In this document: positions 59,799-64,000 of the stretch, in pieces
Numbering within the stretch: the stretch's first letter is position 1
Layout: the number at the start of each line of letters is the position of its first letter
Made by a program: the position numbers and the translations under genes
Assembly: GCA_038227875.1 (NCBI GenBank)
Contig: JBBRPR010000019.1
Location: 64,001-128,000, forward strand
Length of the DNA stretch: 64,000 nucleotides
From: Planctomycetota bacterium
GTDB taxonomy: Bacteria > Planctomycetota > SZUA-567 > H5-PLA8
Reading direction: 5' to 3'
The notes under the pieces: generated by a model
The model's input: only the letters and a program-made list of their open reading frames with translations
What the model was told of the DNA's origin: nothing
The model's database searches: none

Positions 59799-60860
59799 AT
59801 GTACAAAACGAAAGCTTACGCCGCTGGCAGTGCCACATCGAAACTGGCTTCATCCACGATTCCACGTCGCGATCCGAAAGAAAAGGACGTACAGATCGAA
59901 ATTTTATTCTGCGGCGTCTGTCACTCCGACTTGCATCAGGTCCGCAATGAGTGGAGCGAAGTGATGCCGACGGTATACCCGTGCGTTCCGGGCCACGAGA
60001 TCGTCGGCCGCGTCGCCAAGGTCGGTTCGGGAGTCACCGCGTTCAAGGTCGGCGATCTCGCTGCGGTGGGATGCATGGTGGATTCGGACCGCACCTGTCC
60101 GGCATGCCGCGATGGCCTCGAGCAATTCTGCCCGAACTTCACGCTCACTTATAATTTTCCAGACAAGCACGGGACGGCTCCGGTGACCTACGGCGGTTAC
60201 TCCGACAGCATCGTCGTCGACGAACGATTCGTGCTGCATGTCCCTTCCAATCTCAATCTCGCCGGCGCGGCGCCCCTGCTCTGCGCGGGAATCACGACGT
60301 ACTCGCCGCTGAAACATTGGGGCGTGACCAAGGGTAAAAAAGTCGGCGTGGTGGGGCTCGGTGGCTTGGGCCACATGGGCGTGAAGTTCGCACACGCGCT
60401 CGGCGCTCATGTTGTCGTCTTCACGACCTCGCCAGGAAAGAAAGAGGACGCGTTGCGTCTTGGGGCCGATGAAGTTGTGCTCTCGCGCGACGCCAACGCG
60501 ATGCAAAAGCACGCTGGCAGCTTCAATTTCATTCTCGACGCCGTCTCGGCCAACCACGACATCAACGCGTACATCAGTCTGCTCGCGCGCGACGGCAACC
60601 TCACGCTCGTCGGCGCACCGGAGAAGCCGCTGAGTGTTTCGGCGTTCGGGCTGATCATGGGCCGACGCAGTCTTTCCGGCTCGCCCATCGGCGGCATTCC
60701 CGAAACGCAGGAGATGCTCGACTTCTGCGGAAAGCACAACATCACTTCCGACGTTGAAGTGATTCCGATTCAGAAAGTCAATGAAGCGTACGAGCGGCTG
60801 CTGAAGTCCGATGTGAAGTACCGGTTCAGCATCGACATGGCGTCGCTCAAATCTGAATAG
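59799..60860 (+). CDS. Zn-dependent NADP alcohol dehydrogenase (YahK/cinnamyl-ADH family)
   Basis: CGVCHSD, PGHEIVG, APLLCAGITTYSPL, GLGGLGHMG, DVKYRF. Confidence 0.93.
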   Translation: MYKTKAYAAGSATSKLASSTIPRRDPKEKDVQIEILFCGVCHSDLHQVRNEWSEVMPTVYPCVPGHEIVGRVAKVGSGVTAFKVGDLAAVGCMVDSDRTCPACRDGLEQFCPNFTLTYNFPDKHGTAPVTYGGYSDSIVVDERFVLHVPSNLNLAGAAPLLCAGITTYSPLKHWGVTKGKKVGVVGLGGLGHMGVKFAHALGAHVVVFTTSPGKKEDALRLGADEVVLSRDANAMQKHAGSFNFILDAVSANHDINAYISLLARDGNLTLVGAPEKPLSVSAFGLIMGRRSLSGSPIGGIPETQEMLDFCGKHNITSDVEVIPIQKVNEAYERLLKSDVKYRFSIDMASLKSE

Positions 60861-60908
60861 CGATAAGCGCGCCGGAAAATGTTAGTTCCCGCACCGCGAT
60901 ATAATAAT

Positions 60909-60934
60909 GTCATGGCGCAAATTTGCGCCCCGAT
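60909..60934. repeat. 26-bp palindrome family, degenerate copy 5
   Basis: GTCATG-GCG-CAAATTTG-CGC-CCCGAT; perfect 16-bp core GGCGCAAATTTGCGCC. Confidence 0.55.
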
Positions 60935-61087
60935 CGTCTCCTTCGAGCTTACGCCGGAGGATCTCCAGCGAGATCGCGAACGCAGCGGCGCAGATTACCG
61001 TTCAACGCGCGCGGTATCCGGAAAAGTTGGAGCAGATGACAGGGCGTCAACCTCAGCGGAGGGTTGTTGGGCCAGAATAGGACAACT

Positions 61088-62992
61088 TCATTTCACCAGT
61101 TGTTCCGCGACCGTGGCCAAATAGCGCAGCCGTTCCGCGTTGGCTTCGGAAAGGTCTGGATAATCCTTCTTGAGCGTCTCGAGCGTGGAACTCACGCTGC
61201 CGGCTCTTCCGTTTTTCAATGCGGTTTCGAGATCGTTGACGGCGGCTTCGAATTTTAAAAGTCGTTTCTGCGTGGCGCGCGCGTCGACGTATGCGGCCCA
61301 GGCCGGAACTTCGTCCTTCTTGAGCCGCCGGAGTAATTGCTGCGCGCCTTCGGAATTGCCGAGACCGAAAAGATACGCCGCCTTGTCCGCGGCCTCTGCC
61401 GGCTTCGATTCATCGACGCCCAAGGCCTTGACGAAAACGCTTTGAGGTAACGCGGACAGATCGACAGCCAATTCGACGCCTTGTGATTTGACGTAGACTT
61501 TGCCATCCGTGATTCGCGCGATCTTGCCGCGCATCTTCGGCTTTTCGATCTGTACGTCTTCGGCAGGCGGAGATTTGGCGAGGTTTTCAAGGGCGCGGCT
61601 GTGGAGCGCCTGCGCCTTCTCAAGCACAGTTCCCAGTAATTGCAGCTCGGGAGCGGAAGAACCCTTTGTGATGCGCAGCGCCTGTTCCAACTTCTGTGCG
61701 GGGTCGAAATCCTTCTTCATCATTTCTTCGACGCTGTCACAGGTGCGGATAGCGACGCGTTGAACTTCGCTGACGACCGGCGCAAAGGCGTGGCGCGTCC
61801 GGGCAATGATCTCCACGCTGTGGATCATGTACCAGAATTCGTGCTCCATCGCGGTCTCGTTCAAATTGCTGATGCGGAATTCGTTCTTTCCGCCCTTCAG
61901 CAGCCCCGCCGCAAGTGGGTAGCGCTGCTCGGTCCAAACATACATTTGCGTGGCGGTATCGTTGCCATTGAAGGCTTCCTGGCCATTGATGGCGAAGACG
62001 ATGTGCGACGATGGCTTTTTTCCCTCGAACAAACTCCAGACCACGATTGTTCCGGCATCGTAGAGGTCAGGCTTGAGCTCAAAAGTCGCGATCATGGTAT
62101 GGCGCGTGGAGTTCTTGCCCCAGATGGCTTTGGACGCTTTGTCTTTGCCGGCGAATCCATGGTATTCTCCGCCACCCTTAAAGTCGCTCCAGAGCAGCTT
62201 GCAGACCGAACTTGCGTTGCCCAGGTCCAACTCCTGAGTTCCCGGCGGCAATTCCGGCTTCGCCAGAGGTGCTGGCGCAGTTTCGACAGGGGCAGGCTCG
62301 GCGACCGGCGCCGGTTTCTCCACCGCAACAGGCGGCGTGGCGCGTTCGAGTGGATTGGGCGGCGTGTCCGGCGCGGGTGGAGCGTTTTCGATAATTGTTT
62401 TCGCCGGCGTTGAAGCAACCGGCGGCGTGGGCTTGACGGTCTTCACGTCGGTTGCGCGCGGCACTTCCGGTTTGACGACGTCGTGTGTTCGTACGATTGG
62501 CGTCGGCGATGGGGTGGACGGTTGTACGCTCGGCTGCGTTCGGGATGTGCTTTCGCTGGCCGCCATTTTCTTATCAGCGGCGGTGCCGTGCGATCCAAAA
62601 ATTAAAATGAGAGCGGAAACAATCAGCACCAGTCCGCTTGCGCCGATGAGGACCATCATCTGTCGCCGATTGACTGCGACTTGAGGTGCCGGCGCAAACG
62701 CAGGTGGATGGGACGTCCGCAGATGTCCCTTGCTGGTTCGGGCTTCGGCGAGCTGTGGAAGTGTGGCGCTACCCGTGGCCGGCCGCATGGCGGTGCGGGA
62801 CTTGTTTGATCCTGATGGAATTCTTGCGGGCACTTGCGCAGCTGCGGTTGCGGATGCGTCGACTTTTCCAGCCTGGTTCGCAGCGCAACCCGCGCAGAGC
62901 GCCCGCGATTCGTCAATCTGGATGGCGGTATTTGCTTCGAAGTCGGCGGCGGGAATTCGCACACTGCAGATATCACAATAATAAATCAGCAT
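61088..62992 (-). CDS. Bitopic membrane protein with N-terminal CxxC..CxxC zinc finger
   Basis: YYCDICSVRIP..ALCAGCA, one TM helix, Pro/Thr-rich linker, beta-sandwich, helical C-terminus. Confidence 0.75.
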   Translation of the reverse strand: MLIYYCDICSVRIPAADFEANTAIQIDESRALCAGCAANQAGKVDASATAAAQVPARIPSGSNKSRTAMRPATGSATLPQLAEARTSKGHLRTSHPPAFAPAPQVAVNRRQMMVLIGASGLVLIVSALILIFGSHGTAADKKMAASESTSRTQPSVQPSTPSPTPIVRTHDVVKPEVPRATDVKTVKPTPPVASTPAKTIIENAPPAPDTPPNPLERATPPVAVEKPAPVAEPAPVETAPAPLAKPELPPGTQELDLGNASSVCKLLWSDFKGGGEYHGFAGKDKASKAIWGKNSTRHTMIATFELKPDLYDAGTIVVWSLFEGKKPSSHIVFAINGQEAFNGNDTATQMYVWTEQRYPLAAGLLKGGKNEFRISNLNETAMEHEFWYMIHSVEIIARTRHAFAPVVSEVQRVAIRTCDSVEEMMKKDFDPAQKLEQALRITKGSSAPELQLLGTVLEKAQALHSRALENLAKSPPAEDVQIEKPKMRGKIARITDGKVYVKSQGVELAVDLSALPQSVFVKALGVDESKPAEAADKAAYLFGLGNSEGAQQLLRRLKKDEVPAWAAYVDARATQKRLLKFEAAVNDLETALKNGRAGSVSSTLETLKKDYPDLSEANAERLRYLATVAEQLVK

Positions 62993-63253
62993 GGAGTACA
63001 AATCCGGCGTTTAATGAGAACTTTCAAACGTTGATTGTAGTGCAATATGCTTGTTTTTATACATGGAAATGAAATCGACTCTGTGGACTCTTCGCCAATG
63101 GAGCGCCGAGCTGTCGAAGAGTGGAAGAATCTTCCAATAAACTACACACGTGCACCATAATTTTTGAACTGATGTATCTTTGACTATTGACACTTATTGA
63201 TGTCAACATACAAGTGGCCGAACATCGATTTTATTTAAATTTGGAGGTTATAC

Positions 63254-64000
63254 ATGCGTTTTCAACCTGCTCATGTTGTTCTGATTGCCCTGTTGACACT
63301 CGCCGGTGGAATTCGCGCGGCAACCACTGATTATCCCACAATGGGTAACAACCCTGCGCACACAGGATATCAACCCGGCCTGACTGCTGCGCCATTGGTC
63401 GCGGGATGGTCGGTCCAGGTGGATAGTACGACGCCAACGCCACAGGCACTGCAGCAGCCGTCGATCGCCGGGAACTCGTTATTCGTTACGCCGAGGACTT
63501 ATTTCGGCGCCACTTATCTTGCTTCATACAACGTCCAGACCGGTGCTCAGCAGTGGCGTTACACGTTCACCGTTGCCGACAATGTCACCAGCCCGACGTA
63601 CGATAGCGGCCGAGTCTACGTCATGCGCTGCAATCACTCGACAGACTCGCAGCTTTGGAGCTTTAATTCATCGACCGGGTTGCCGGTGTGGTCGAGTAGT
63701 TACCTAGTCCAGTGGGATGAGGCACATGCCCCCACTGTGGCCAATGGCGGCGTCTTTGTCATGGGCGGCTCTTACGGCGGAACATACTGTTTCAATCAAA
63801 CAGACGGATCTCAACGATTCTTCGCACAACCGATAAGTTATCCGGACTGGTGGGACGAGTGGACACCCACATACAGCAACGGGAAAATGTACGAATGGCA
63901 GGGCGGAAAGTTTGCGGAGCACAACGAAACCACGGGTGCGGTCAATTGGAGCATTGATCTCGGATGGACCTGGAACGGCTGGTCCATGGATACCGATGCG
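63254..64000 (+). CDS. Secreted PQQ-like beta-propeller repeat protein (runs off window end)
   Basis: Not in the ORF track; GGAGG then ATG 63254; MRFQPAHVVLIALLTLAGGIRA, MGNNPAHTGY, TGAQQW, TGLPVW, TGAVNW repeats; open to the end. Confidence 0.85.
   Translation, partial: MRFQPAHVVLIALLTLAGGIRAATTDYPTMGNNPAHTGYQPGLTAAPLVAGWSVQVDSTTPTPQALQQPSIAGNSLFVTPRTYFGATYLASYNVQTGAQQWRYTFTVADNVTSPTYDSGRVYVMRCNHSTDSQLWSFNSSTGLPVWSSSYLVQWDEAHAPTVANGGVFVMGGSYGGTYCFNQTDGSQRFFAQPISYPDWWDEWTPTYSNGKMYEWQGGKFAEHNETTGAVNWSIDLGWTWNGWSMDTDA

Overview
High-GC bacterial chromosomal window, probably Planctomycetota/PVC. This is inferred from a chlamydial/plant-type FabI, a UAP1-type pyrophosphorylase, ECF sigma factors with long C-terminal extensions, HEAT-repeat proteins and TMTC-like glycosyltransferases. 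Housekeeping genes (gltBD, ychF, fabI, ptsI, gap, rpe) alternate with accessory genes: a coupled pair of large HEAT-repeat proteins, several secreted repeat/Ig proteins, two AraC + PhyH-type dioxygenase modules, sigma-ankyrin and globin-ankyrin fusions, mddA/TetR and cupin + alcohol dehydrogenase. I recognised no rRNA, tRNA, CRISPR array, integrase or transposase. Main observations: (1) a dispersed 26-bp intergenic palindrome family with a fixed frame and covarying triplets; (2) an Ig-like domain apparently split in complementary halves between two adjacent genes; (3) a shared C-terminal domain on two unrelated secreted proteins, possibly a sorting signal; (4) an Fe/2OG enzyme with a halogenase-type HxG motif; (5) a truncated-globin-ankyrin fusion next to mddA; (6) a 10-bp-phased tandem array with duplicated promoter-like boxes in a 1-kb intergenic region. 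All assignments are by eye, with no database searches.
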